A stretch of 64,000 nt of DNA, from assembly GCA_048885925.1 (NCBI GenBank), contig JBHLLG010000004.1:1-64000 (forward strand), written 5' to 3'. Source of the stretch: Candidatus Hermodarchaeota archaeon. GTDB lineage: Archaea; Asgardarchaeota; Lokiarchaeia; Sigyniarchaeales; SOKP01. The notes beneath the pieces are model-generated. The model saw only the letters and a list, made by a program, of their open reading frames with translations, ran no database searches and was not told the origin of the DNA. Positions 48,145 through 58,348 of the stretch are shown here, in pieces. Made by a program: the position numbers and the translations under genes. Position 1 is the stretch's first letter; every line of letters begins with the position of its first letter.

Positions 48145-49134
48145 GTGATATTCATGGAAGAGAGAATAAAAGGAAGAAAGAATTATCCTACTGATGAAAT
48201 AGATCCGAAAAACTTTCTAAGTGATGAGCTTGTAAAGGATATGATTAATAAGAAAGATAATATTCATTTTAATTCAAATGATTTTTATAAACTCTACAAT
48301 TGTGTCCATTGTGGAGAATGTGAAACTGAAATGGAGCGAATTTCATTAAAAGAAAAATATATCGAAGAAGGAAATATATTTGAAGGAGTTGATGAGATGA
48401 GAGATTATTTTAACGAATTTAGATCACCATATCCTAGTAATAAGATGCGAATTAAAAGACTAAAGGGAATTTCTAGAGATTCTGATACTCTCTTTTTCAT
48501 GGGTTGTCTCTCCACGATAAGGATTCCTCAATATACTCAACATGCACTTCAATATTTAATACAACAAGAGGTAGATTTCACTATTTTAAATACCGAAATT
48601 TGCTGTGGATGGCATCTTAAGATTAGTGGATTAAAAAAGGAATTTGAAACATGTATAAATGAAAATATAAATATTTTTAATTCAAAAAAATTCAAAGAGA
48701 TAATTTGTTTATGTCCTGCGTGTTTTTATCTATTTAAAAATGAAATGGATGGTTTAAACGCAGAAGTAAAATATATTTCTGATTATATAAAACCTTCAAA
48801 TCTACATAAATCAGGTAGAGTAGGAGTGCAACATTTGTGTCAATTAATGAACAGAGATAAAGAAGGAATAGATAAATTTATAGTTGACATACTTAAAAGT
48901 GCAGGTTACAAAGTTGTAGATATCCCCCATTGGTGCTGTGGTGGAGGATCTGGTTGGATGGGACGAACAGATGTAATAGAAAAGATTGCTCAAAAAAGAA
49001 TGTCTGATTTTGATCGAGAAGATCTTGACTACGTTACAAGTTATTGTCCTTCTTGCTGGTGGATATTAAGGAGATTTAGTAAACAATGTAAAATTCACCC
49101 TAAAGCTATCGATCTTTTTGAATTATTACTCTGA
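48145..49134 (+). CDS. Fe-S oxidoreductase with CCG domains (HdrD/GlpC-like)
   Basis: CVHCGEC, FMGC, EICCG, CPAC, HLC, CCGGG, CPSC. Confidence 0.8.
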   Translation: MIFMEERIKGRKNYPTDEIDPKNFLSDELVKDMINKKDNIHFNSNDFYKLYNCVHCGECETEMERISLKEKYIEEGNIFEGVDEMRDYFNEFRSPYPSNKMRIKRLKGISRDSDTLFFMGCLSTIRIPQYTQHALQYLIQQEVDFTILNTEICCGWHLKISGLKKEFETCINENINIFNSKKFKEIICLCPACFYLFKNEMDGLNAEVKYISDYIKPSNLHKSGRVGVQHLCQLMNRDKEGIDKFIVDILKSAGYKVVDIPHWCCGGGSGWMGRTDVIEKIAQKRMSDFDREDLDYVTSYCPSCWWILRRFSKQCKIHPKAIDLFELLL

Positions 49135-49176
49135 AACCAAAAAAATACGGTATTATATATTAATATAAGAAAATTT

Positions 49177-49415
49177 CTATTTATATACCTCAGGAATTAC
49201 AATAATAAAATAAATACCTTGTCTATAATTATTTTCAATACGATTTTTAACCCAAATTTTACCATGATAACTTTCTATTATCTTCTTTACTAAGGTTAGT
49301 CCAATTCCCATTCCTCTTACACTATTTTCTTTCTTATATCCTTTTTGAAAGATTAACTCTTTTTTTTATCTGTAATCCCAATTCCATAATCCTTAATTTC
49401 TAATTTGATTTTCAT
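49177..49415 (-). pseudogene. histidine kinase HATPase_c fragment with a frameshift
   Basis: MKIKLEIKDYGIGITD-[A8 run, frameshift]-ELIFQKGY...RGMGIGLTLVKKIIESYHGKIWV; G1/F/G2 boxes only. Confidence 0.75.
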
Positions 49416-49721
49416 CAAAGAGGAATAAAGAAACACAGTCTGCTTTGGTTAGATTACCTATGTCTTCAAAGGAGAAATTGATAGCTTTATCAAGATTTAT
49501 TCTAACTACAAATCGAGAAGAAATTATAGATATGACTTTTTCAAATTTTAATCGACTTTTAAGCGACACTTTAGTACATCTTGATGAAGAGATTTAAAAA
49601 TAAATCTGATATTATTAATAGTCTATAGATAAAGCTTAATCTGAAAATATGATATAGTAAATATTTTTAAATTTGTTGAGAGGTAAAAATGGTTTTTTAA
49701 AAAGGAGAATCTCTCAATAGA

Positions 49722-50939
49722 TTGTTAGTATTAGAAATTAATTTAAGAAATTTAATAAATTTAGGAAATTTTTTAAATTTGATTGGTGTGGAAACTAATA
49801 ATAATATTATAGAAAAAACTGTTGAAAAAAAGTCGAAAAAGTTTACTTTAAGAGAATTTGGTGGTGCATTTGGAGATTGGGGTACTTTAATTCCATTTGT
49901 GATTGGTTATATTTCAATAGTAGGATTAAGCCCCGCTGGAATATTCTTGACATTAGGTTTAACCAATATCGTAATGGGGATAAAATTTGACCTTCCTCTT
50001 CCAGTACAACCGCAAAAAACAATTGGGACTGTTGCTATATCAAAAAAATGGGATCCAAATATAGTCATCTCAACAGGATTTGGTACTGGAGTAGTATGGT
50101 TTATTCTGGGATTTTCAAAAAAACTCAATCAAATTGTGAGTAAAGTTCCAATTATTGCGGTGAGAGGTATACAACTAGGATTAGCATTGATATTAGGATG
50201 GACGGGAATTAAATTATTCTCAGATAATCTAATACTTGGGTTTATCTCAATTCTAATAATATTAATTTTAATTAAAAATAAACCTATTCCATCTGCCATT
50301 ATTCTTACCTTTGGAGGAATATTATTAATGTTCTTTTCTGGTGTTGTTAATTTTTCAGAATTAGAATTTGGGGTCCCATTGTTAACTTTTCAGATCCCTT
50401 TATGGAATAATCTTTTAATTGGGATGTTATATGCAGGAATTGCGCAAATATTTCTAACTCTGACAAATGTTATGGTTGCAACGGTTGTATTAATTAAAGA
50501 ACTCTTTCCAGAGAAAGAGTTTGTTGATGCAAATACTTTAGCTTTTAATATGGGTGCTATGAATTTGATAAATCCCTTTTTAGCGGGAATGCCTTTATGT
50601 CATGGATCAGGCGGATTAATGGCACAATACGCTTTTGGAGCTAGAACTGGTGGTTCTATGATATTGGAAGGAATAATGGAAATTATTCTAGGATTATTTT
50701 TTTCTGAAACGTTACTTTTACTTTTTATAAAGTTTCCAATGGCAATTTTAGGAGCTATGTTAATTTATACCGCTATTTTATTAGGAAAAATAGCATTTAA
50801 GGATTTTAATATAAAATCATTCCCTATTGTATTAATCTCTGCTTTAATATGTCATTTCTTAAATATTGCTTTAGGTTTTTTAATTGGACTGATATTGTTC
50901 TACATTTTTAAAAACAAAATTGAATCTCCAAAAAATTGA
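49722..50939 (+). CDS. putative sulfate/molybdate transporter (MOT1-like); true start probably downstream
   Basis: E.GGAFGD.GT.IP, PLPVQP.K, MPLCHGSGGL.AQY.FGARTG. Confidence 0.85.
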   Translation: MLVLEINLRNLINLGNFLNLIGVETNNNIIEKTVEKKSKKFTLREFGGAFGDWGTLIPFVIGYISIVGLSPAGIFLTLGLTNIVMGIKFDLPLPVQPQKTIGTVAISKKWDPNIVISTGFGTGVVWFILGFSKKLNQIVSKVPIIAVRGIQLGLALILGWTGIKLFSDNLILGFISILIILILIKNKPIPSAIILTFGGILLMFFSGVVNFSELEFGVPLLTFQIPLWNNLLIGMLYAGIAQIFLTLTNVMVATVVLIKELFPEKEFVDANTLAFNMGAMNLINPFLAGMPLCHGSGGLMAQYAFGARTGGSMILEGIMEIILGLFFSETLLLLFIKFPMAILGAMLIYTAILLGKIAFKDFNIKSFPIVLISALICHFLNIALGFLIGLILFYIFKNKIESPKN

Positions 50940-51078
50940 TTATTAAAATTGATCTTTTAAAATATTAATGTGATTTTATCTCATTTTATTCAATAATAAA
51001 TTAGAAATATGTTTTTTTATAATTTAAACGAAAAATTCTTTTAAGTATGAAAGCAAATATTCATAATAGAATGAATTA

Positions 51079-51783
51079 ATGGGTGATTTTATGTTATTTT
51101 CTGAAAATGAGATAGGTAATATTAAAAGAGAAATGGGTAAATTAAAGGATAAAGTTATTTTAAAATTGTTTACTGATTTCAAAATCCAAGAGGATGGAAA
51201 AAAAGTAAGAAAATGTATGGCTTGTGAAGGAGCATATGAGTTATTGAAAACTTTAGAAGATCTATCTGATGGTAAATTAAAAATAGAGGAAATATCCACG
51301 GAAGAAAATGAGGAAGAAGCAAAAAAGTATAATGTAACCAGAATTCCTGCTATATTATTTGTTGATGAAAATGATAAAGAAATAATTCGATACTCCGCTT
51401 ATCCGACTGGATCAGAATTTGTTCCTTTTCTTAACAGCATTCAATACTTCTCAGGTGTTAGACCTTATTATGCAGATCAAATCATTACACATCTAAAAAA
51501 GATAGATAATTCGAAAATGAAGATTTTTATTACTCCAACTTGCCCGTATTGTCCCGCAACAGTACCAGTTCTTACATTATTTGCGATAATTAGTAAAGGA
51601 AAGGTTTCAGCCGAAGTAATTGATGTTGACTTAAATCCTGATATTGCTATGAAATATCAAGTTCAAGGAGTTCCGCACACAGTTATAAATGAGAAGGATC
51701 ATATTTATGGAATGTTTACCCCTCAAGATCTTTTAGATAAACTTACAAAAGGTCAGAGAGATTTTGGAGGGATGTATGCTTAG
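51079..51783 (+). CDS. protein disulfide oxidoreductase (PDO/AhpF-N-like), copy 1
   Basis: Two thioredoxin folds, CMAC and CPYC; P.G.EF. Confidence 0.88.
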   Translation: MGDFMLFSENEIGNIKREMGKLKDKVILKLFTDFKIQEDGKKVRKCMACEGAYELLKTLEDLSDGKLKIEEISTEENEEEAKKYNVTRIPAILFVDENDKEIIRYSAYPTGSEFVPFLNSIQYFSGVRPYYADQIITHLKKIDNSKMKIFITPTCPYCPATVPVLTLFAIISKGKVSAEVIDVDLNPDIAMKYQVQGVPHTVINEKDHIYGMFTPQDLLDKLTKGQRDFGGMYA

Positions 51784-51802
51784 GAAAGGTGATTCATAAA
51801 AA

Positions 51803-52486
51803 ATGCTTTCAGATGAGAAATATAAAGAAATAATTAGAAGAGAGATTGCTAAACTAAAAAAGCCTGTAAGATTAAAAGCTTTCACCTGTAAAAGAAGACC
51901 CCCCAATGGAAGTCCAATTAGAGAATGCATGGATTGTGGTCAAATTATGTCCTTGTTAAAGATCTATGAGGAAAATTCAAATGGGATGCTTAAAATCGAA
52001 GAAATGTGTATAGATGACAATCCTGAGTTTTCCAAAATGTATGACATTCAAAGAGTTCCAACAATTCTCTTCATTGATGAGAATGGGAAAGAAATAATCC
52101 GTTATTTGGCAGCACCTCAAGGGGGAGAGATTCAACCTTTTGTTCAAGCCATTTTTGCTTTTGCTGGAGGGAACAATTATTATGAAGCAACAATTAAGCA
52201 AAATTTAGATCGAATCCAACCAAGTACCATTAAGATTATGCTCACAATGTCTTGTCCTTATTGTCCACAAGTTGCATCTATAGCTAATTTATTTGCGATT
52301 GCCTCAAGAGGAAAGATAAGATCTGTCATTGTAGATATAATGGCTAACCCGGATATTGGTCAATATTATGACGCGGCAGGTGTTCCATATATAATTATTA
52401 ATGATCAAAAAACTTTAGTTGGAATGGTTGGACCAAATGAAATATTAAGAGCTCTGATTGGAGGTAATATACGTGTTCAATATTGA
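51803..52486 (+). CDS. protein disulfide oxidoreductase, copy 2
   Basis: CMDC and CPYC; paralogue of the preceding gene. Confidence 0.88.
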   Translation: MLSDEKYKEIIRREIAKLKKPVRLKAFTCKRRPPNGSPIRECMDCGQIMSLLKIYEENSNGMLKIEEMCIDDNPEFSKMYDIQRVPTILFIDENGKEIIRYLAAPQGGEIQPFVQAIFAFAGGNNYYEATIKQNLDRIQPSTIKIMLTMSCPYCPQVASIANLFAIASRGKIRSVIVDIMANPDIGQYYDAAGVPYIIINDQKTLVGMVGPNEILRALIGGNIRVQY

Positions 52487-53417
52487 TATGGATAGTATCG
52501 ATTTAGATAAAATTTATGATCTTATCGTTATAGGAGGAGGACCTTCTGCAATTGGCTGTGCAATCTATGCAGCACGATTTGCTATGGAAGTATTAATTGT
52601 TGGAAAAATATTTGGAGGATTAATTGCTACAACTCATATTGTTGAGAATTATCCTGCGATTACATCAATAAGTGGTCAGGGATTAATGGATATGTTTAAA
52701 GAGCACATGGATTCTTTAAATATCCCATATATATCAGATGAAATAAGGAGTATCAACAAAATTGATGATCATTTCGAACTTTATTCTTTCTTTCAAAAAT
52801 TTAAAGCCTATTCTATTTGTATAGCAACAGGTTCAGAGAGGAAAAAACTTGGAATTCCTGGAGAAGAAGAATTTGCGGGACGAGGAGTGTCATATTGTGC
52901 AACATGTGACGGTCTTTTTTACAAAGATAAAATAGTATGTGTAATAGGAGGAAGTGATTCTGCTGCCAAAGAAGCATTATATTTAGCTCAAAACACGAAA
53001 AAAGTATATATTATTTATAGAGGAGAAGATATTAGAGCTGAACCAATAAATAAAAAACGTGTTCTTGAAAATGAAAAAATAGAGATTATTTACAAAACTA
53101 ATGTTACTGAAATAAAGGGGGAAGGGATTGTAAAATCTATAGTTTTTAATAATGGAAAAGAACTCAAGGTTGATGGTGTATTTATTGAGATTGGATCAAT
53201 TCCTAAATCTGATTTAGCTAAAAGAATAGGAGTAGTAATAAATGAAAAGGGAGAAATTAAAATCAATCGTAAATCAGAAACAAATGTTAAAGGTATTTTT
53301 GCTGCTGGAGATGTTGCTGATGCACCTTTCAAACAAGCCATAACGGGTGTAGCTGAAGGAGTTATAGCTGCTTATTCTGCTTTTGATTATGTTAAAGAAA
53401 TGAATATCGAATATTGA
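52473..53417 (+). CDS. trxB: thioredoxin reductase (start GTG 52473 or ATG 52488)
   Basis: GGGPSA, GRGVSYCATCDG, GGSDSA, FAAGD; GGAGGT upstream of GTG. Confidence 0.93.
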   Translation: MFNIDMDSIDLDKIYDLIVIGGGPSAIGCAIYAARFAMEVLIVGKIFGGLIATTHIVENYPAITSISGQGLMDMFKEHMDSLNIPYISDEIRSINKIDDHFELYSFFQKFKAYSICIATGSERKKLGIPGEEEFAGRGVSYCATCDGLFYKDKIVCVIGGSDSAAKEALYLAQNTKKVYIIYRGEDIRAEPINKKRVLENEKIEIIYKTNVTEIKGEGIVKSIVFNNGKELKVDGVFIEIGSIPKSDLAKRIGVVINEKGEIKINRKSETNVKGIFAAGDVADAPFKQAITGVAEGVIAAYSAFDYVKEMNIEY

Positions 53418-53469
53418 TGATATTTGAATATTTTACTTAAATTTAAAATAGAAAAAAGAAAAAATGAAT

Positions 53470-53793
53470 TTACTCAACTTTTATCTCTACACTGTGAAAC
53501 TCGGGCTCTTTAAAGGGAACTTCAACTTTTAATAAGCCATTTTTATAAGTTGCTTTTGCTTCTTCTGGGTTTATAGGACAACAAAGACCATAGGAACCTA
53601 TATATATAGTATCTTCAGTTTCTCCTTTTATGAAAAAACTATCATCATGCATCTTAAGTTTAATTGATTCTTTCTCTACTCCAGGTAATTGTATTTCAAT
53701 TTTGTAAATATTTTTTTCATCATCAGCCCAAGAACATACCTCTGGAGATGTTAAAAATTTTTCCGTTTCTTTTACTTCAGACAAATTTTTCAC
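53470..53793 (-). CDS. Hsp20/alpha-crystallin family protein
   Basis: LPGVEKE.I, A.YKNGLLKV.VP. Confidence 0.85.
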   Translation of the reverse strand: MKNLSEVKETEKFLTSPEVCSWADDEKNIYKIEIQLPGVEKESIKLKMHDDSFFIKGETEDTIYIGSYGLCCPINPEEAKATYKNGLLKVEVPFKEPEFHSVEIKVE

Positions 53794-53967
53794 CTTAAAA
53801 GTATAATTTGGAATATATTTATTAATTAATGCAACTAAAATAGCGAATTTAAAAGTTCTTTCTATAGATTATTATGAGATGGACTTTTTCTCACTTATTT
53901 TTTAGACTAAAAGGAAAATTTGTTTTTATTTTATAATATTTTTAAGTTGTTTTTAAGAAGAAACTTT

Positions 53968-54891
53968 TTAATTATGGAGTAAAACTGAGTTTGTAGATAA
54001 TAGATCAGATAATTTTTCCCAGTATTCTCTTATTTCCCAATTTTGTCGATCTTTAATTTTTTCAGAGATTTCTTTTAAAATTTCCCTAATTTTAAGAGAA
54101 TAAAAATAAGTTAAATTTGAAGAGATTACAGATAACATATATTGCTTTTCTCCATATCTTTCTTTGTTATCAGGAAAAGAATCAAAGAATAAATATCCTT
54201 TATTTTGAATATTTTCAATATTAAGTAATATACTTTGAGCTTTTGTAATTCGATCATGTCCATAAATTGAAGTGGCAGCATGAAATAATTGCTTACCTAT
54301 GGTGTTAATTGAATAAGGGAGATCTTTATCAGGAGGGTAAACTTTTTTTACAATGGGACCTGTAATATCGTCCCAATAGACCAATATTAAACATAAGAGA
54401 GGTTGATCTTTTTTATTAATAGCTGATGTTATTTTAATATTTAATGATGAAAGTAACTTTTTTATCTCTTTGTCAATAAGATTAGATTTTTTAATTCGTT
54501 TTATTTTTCCAGAAATTGATGCTAGTAAATCTTCTTTATTAAAGGGTTTAGTTATATAATCATCAACTCCTAACATTTTGCCCCATCGAATATCTTCAGG
54601 AGTAGATTTTGCAGTTAGAAATAAGAATGGAATACGATTCCAATGAGGATTATTAGAAACAACACTAAAAAAATCATAACCATCCATTTCTGCCATCATT
54701 ATATCACTAATAATTAGATCGGGATTTCGTTTTAAGTCCGATAAAAGTTTTAAAGCATCTTTGCCATTTACCGCAGTTTTGACTTCATAATTATTATCTT
54801 CTAATAAGAGTCTTAAATGAAATAGGATATCTTCGTTATCATCAACTACAAGTATTAATGAGTGGGATATATCTTGCATATTGATTTGCAT
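53968..54891 (-). CDS. response regulator: receiver domain plus a non-DNA-binding C-terminal domain
   Basis: VVDDN, SDIMM..MDG, FLTAK, YITKPF; C-terminal LILVYWDDITGP. Confidence 0.88.
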   Translation of the reverse strand: MQINMQDISHSLILVVDDNEDILFHLRLLLEDNNYEVKTAVNGKDALKLLSDLKRNPDLIISDIMMAEMDGYDFFSVVSNNPHWNRIPFLFLTAKSTPEDIRWGKMLGVDDYITKPFNKEDLLASISGKIKRIKKSNLIDKEIKKLLSSLNIKITSAINKKDQPLLCLILVYWDDITGPIVKKVYPPDKDLPYSINTIGKQLFHAATSIYGHDRITKAQSILLNIENIQNKGYLFFDSFPDNKERYGEKQYMLSVISSNLTYFYSLKIREILKEISEKIKDRQNWEIREYWEKLSDLLSTNSVLLHN

Positions 54892-54940
54892 AGCACTCTT
54901 ATAGTGAAACTATCAATTAAAATTATATTTAAATTTTACT

Positions 54941-57118
54941 TTATAGATTATCTATTCTTGGAAAAAAAATTGAAAAGGTTGTTTCATTTCCTAAATTGCT
55001 TTCAACAAAAATTTCTCCGTGGTGAAGTTCTATTATATCCTTTGCTATTGATAAACCTAATCCAGTTCCAGAAGTATCTCTAGCATTAGAAGCTCTATAA
55101 AATCTTTCAAAAATATGAGGGAGTTCTTCTTCACTAATTCCTATACCACGATTTTTAAATTGAAATAAAGTCCCATTTTTTCCTTTAGGATTAAATCTTC
55201 CTTTGTAATTTTCAATCACATTTATCTTGATAATTGTATTTTCATGTGAATATTTTATCGCATTATCAAGAAGAATTCGAAAAACTTGATCAATCCTTTT
55301 AATGTCCCCTTTCATATTGATATCTTCATTAATATCAATTTGAAAAGAAATGTTTTTTTCTTGAGCAAAAGGAGAAAAGAATAATTCTATATCTTGTAAT
55401 AATTTTAAGGGATTATAGTTTTCTAAATTAAGCTCTATTTTTTTTTCATCAATTTGAGAGAGCATGAGAATATCTTCTGATAAATCTTTTAGAATTGAAA
55501 TATTCTTTTCTTCTATCTCAATAATGTAGTTTTGTAGTTCAGGGGTTAGTGAATCTTGTTTTTGCTTGAATAAATCTAAGGACATCATTAGAACAGTTAT
55601 AGGTGTTCTCAATTCATGAGAAACTGTCGATACTAAATTCTTAATTCTTCTTTCTGCTAAAATTCTTTCTGTGATATTAAGACCATAAATATTAAGATAT
55701 TTTTTTTCAGTTATAGGGGTTATAGTAAACGAGTAAAATTGATTATTTAGTTCAAGCTCAACCTGTTGAATTATTTGAGTATGAAAGACTTCCTCGACTA
55801 CATTATTTAAACTAAGAGGTAATTTATTCCCAATCTCAATATTAAACAATTTTTGACCAGCATCATTTATATATAGGACAATATCATTACCAACTCTTAA
55901 TATTGGATTTGGATTCTCCGAAGGAAACTTTGCTATACTCTTAATTTCTTCTTCTGCTTTTTTGCGTTCAGTAATATTTCGACCAACTGCAACTATATAA
56001 TTAATATCTCCTTGATCATTCATAATAATTGATCCTAAATATTCAAAGGGTATTTTTTTCCCATCCTTCGTAATTAACTCCATTTGAACCGTAGTATTGC
56101 CAGTTTCAATGGCATTACGTATAGCCTCTTCAGCTTTTATTAAATCTTCTTGACTGTAATAAGAATCAGGTGCTTTCATAGATAATATCTCCTCATCAGT
56201 ATACCCACTAATCTCATTAAAAGCTTTATTCCAGCTTATCGCTTTACCGTTCTTTGGATTAAATACAAAAAAAGTATCCATTTGAGCATTTAATGCAGTT
56301 GCCGTAAATTGCTCACTCTGTTTTAATCTTGTGAATAATGTATTTAAGGGATCTTCAAGTCCCTTTTGGACAATTGCTAAATAAATGAGATAGAAAGAGG
56401 TTATCTTAAAGAGATGGCCTATTAAATTAGATAGGTCATATACACCAACATAAAAAGTAAAAGCTAACTCTGCTACTATAGTTGATAAAATAGAAAACAT
56501 TTTCAGATGAAACGTTGTTAAATTAAGCCCTTTTCTATTTTTATATAATATTATTATAGATACTGCTAAAATTCCAATAATTATATATTCGCTGATTATC
56601 TTAAACTCGGTGAGACCAATCCCTTCAATATAACAAACTGGAAAAACCCTAGCGAAAATTAATATCAGCAAAAGTGTAGTAACAACTGTATATCCAATTA
56701 ACAGATGATTTGGATTAACTTTTTTATGCATTAAAAGAAATGCCATGAGAAATGATCCTGCTTGAAGATATCTAGCAGCGATCCATAATTGAGTAGGTAA
56801 ATTTGCGTTATATCCTTCAATTATATTCATCCCCCTATATGCTAATGTATGGATTAGATCAATTGAGCCTATATATAATAAGCTAACCCCCAGAACTAAA
56901 AATATTGAGCTCTCTATATTTTTTCGAGTATTCCATCCAATGACAAAAATTCCAAAGGCTATAACTACACTAAATAATTCAGCTATAGTATGAAATAGAA
57001 GAAAACTATAGAAGTTTGTTAGATAAATAAAAAATAATATTAAAGTAAAAACAATTATAGATGATTTACTTTGGTATCGCCTTGGAATTTCTTTTTTTGC
57101 TTCTTGCGACACAAACAC
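54941..57118 (-). CDS. MASE3-PAS sensor histidine kinase
   Basis: MASE3-like LLFHTIAELFS, HTLAY.GM, QLWIAARY; PAS; SHELRTP; N box; GTGLGL. Confidence 0.9.
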   Translation of the reverse strand: MFVSQEAKKEIPRRYQSKSSIIVFTLILFFIYLTNFYSFLLFHTIAELFSVVIAFGIFVIGWNTRKNIESSIFLVLGVSLLYIGSIDLIHTLAYRGMNIIEGYNANLPTQLWIAARYLQAGSFLMAFLLMHKKVNPNHLLIGYTVVTTLLLILIFARVFPVCYIEGIGLTEFKIISEYIIIGILAVSIIILYKNRKGLNLTTFHLKMFSILSTIVAELAFTFYVGVYDLSNLIGHLFKITSFYLIYLAIVQKGLEDPLNTLFTRLKQSEQFTATALNAQMDTFFVFNPKNGKAISWNKAFNEISGYTDEEILSMKAPDSYYSQEDLIKAEEAIRNAIETGNTTVQMELITKDGKKIPFEYLGSIIMNDQGDINYIVAVGRNITERKKAEEEIKSIAKFPSENPNPILRVGNDIVLYINDAGQKLFNIEIGNKLPLSLNNVVEEVFHTQIIQQVELELNNQFYSFTITPITEKKYLNIYGLNITERILAERRIKNLVSTVSHELRTPITVLMMSLDLFKQKQDSLTPELQNYIIEIEEKNISILKDLSEDILMLSQIDEKKIELNLENYNPLKLLQDIELFFSPFAQEKNISFQIDINEDINMKGDIKRIDQVFRILLDNAIKYSHENTIIKINVIENYKGRFNPKGKNGTLFQFKNRGIGISEEELPHIFERFYRASNARDTSGTGLGLSIAKDIIELHHGEIFVESNLGNETTFSIFFPRIDNL

Positions 57119-57230
57119 CTTTTTTGAATCTGAAATTTTATTATTCTTAGATCATATTTAATATTTTTTTCTATAATATTAAAAAATTCTTACATATTAA
57201 AAAAAGCTGAAATTAATTACTGAAAATGAT

Positions 57231-57779
57231 TCAACTAATTGTAGATTTTTCAAACATAGCGTATATTGTTGTCTTATGAATCGAATAAATAAACTCTGGA
57301 GGAATAGTCTCTTTTAACTTTTTTATAAAATCGTTAATAACTTTTTCATTAAACTTATCATCATATGCCAAATCAGGGTCAAATTTGTGCAGAAAAATAG
57401 AAAAATCGAAGCTACCAATTTCATTAACTGAATTAATCACCTTTTTCAAATAATCAAGTGCAATATTATAACGCTTGACGTCTTGAATATCAATAACATA
57501 TATAATTTTATTAGCGCCCTTTACATATTTACTAAAATTATTAAAATAATCATCAAAGTAGGCCTTCTGACCTCCAAGATCCCAAATTGCATAATTTGAA
57601 TTTAAAGCTTCAAATTCTTGTACATTAAGACCTTTTGTAGGCATCGGAGAATTAAAAGCAGATATACGTTTAATACCCTTTAAACAATTTAAAATTGATG
57701 TTTTCCCACTATTATCTAATCCTATTAAAACAATTTTTATAGAACCTTCAGCAAAATCGTTATTTTTTAATCTCTTCAT
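57231..57779 (-). CDS. Arf/Rag-like small GTPase
   Basis: GLDNSGKT (G1), PT (G2), WDLGGQ (G3), HKFD (G4), TTI (G5). Confidence 0.9.
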   Translation of the reverse strand: MKRLKNNDFAEGSIKIVLIGLDNSGKTSILNCLKGIKRISAFNSPMPTKGLNVQEFEALNSNYAIWDLGGQKAYFDDYFNNFSKYVKGANKIIYVIDIQDVKRYNIALDYLKKVINSVNEIGSFDFSIFLHKFDPDLAYDDKFNEKVINDFIKKLKETIPPEFIYSIHKTTIYAMFEKSTIS

Positions 57780-57820
57780 CCTTTTTAAAAAAGATTTTCA
57801 AACTTTATATTTTCAATGAG

Positions 57821-58156
57821 TTAAGTTAAAGTATCAATAACATCGACATCTCTTATATCTTTGAATTTTTCTTTGTAAAGAGTTCCTACTATTGAATTTA
57901 TGCTCGATAGAAGAGTAAAAACATCCAAATTCTTTATCTTATAATATTTTACATTATCCTTCTTCTCAAAATCTATAATATTGTTTTCTGAGAGCATATT
58001 AAGATGTTTAGAAATAGTTGATTGAGATCTTCTTAATTCTTTTTGAATTTCTGATGAATTTTTATTATTTTTTCTTAATATGTCTAAAATTTTTAATCTT
58101 GTTGGATGGGCTAACAGCTTCAAAAATTCAATAGTATATTTTCTTAATTCACTCAT
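57821..58156 (-). CDS. ArsR-family transcriptional regulator
   Basis: LAHPTRLKIL, SQSTISKHL. Confidence 0.88.
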   Translation of the reverse strand: MSELRKYTIEFLKLLAHPTRLKILDILRKNNKNSSEIQKELRRSQSTISKHLNMLSENNIIDFEKKDNVKYYKIKNLDVFTLLSSINSIVGTLYKEKFKDIRDVDVIDTLT

Positions 58157-58348
58157 CGATTTATTATAAGATTTTTTTTACTAGTTTTTAAAGCTTATTT
58201 TAATGGTTTATTAATGTTGCTTTATTAATAGGAGAAACACAAAGATTTAAATATGATGAAATCGTAATATTCTTATATCGTGGTATCGCGATTTATGAAT
58301 ACCTTATCTTCAATATTAAATGAAGAAAAAAAACTATTTTGAGAGAAA

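Noticed and set aside
23407-53417. Selenocysteine (in-frame TGA) in the redox proteins
   Set aside because: The catalytic motifs I inspected all use Cys codons, the TGA stops fall at expected protein ends, and I found no convincing SECIS.
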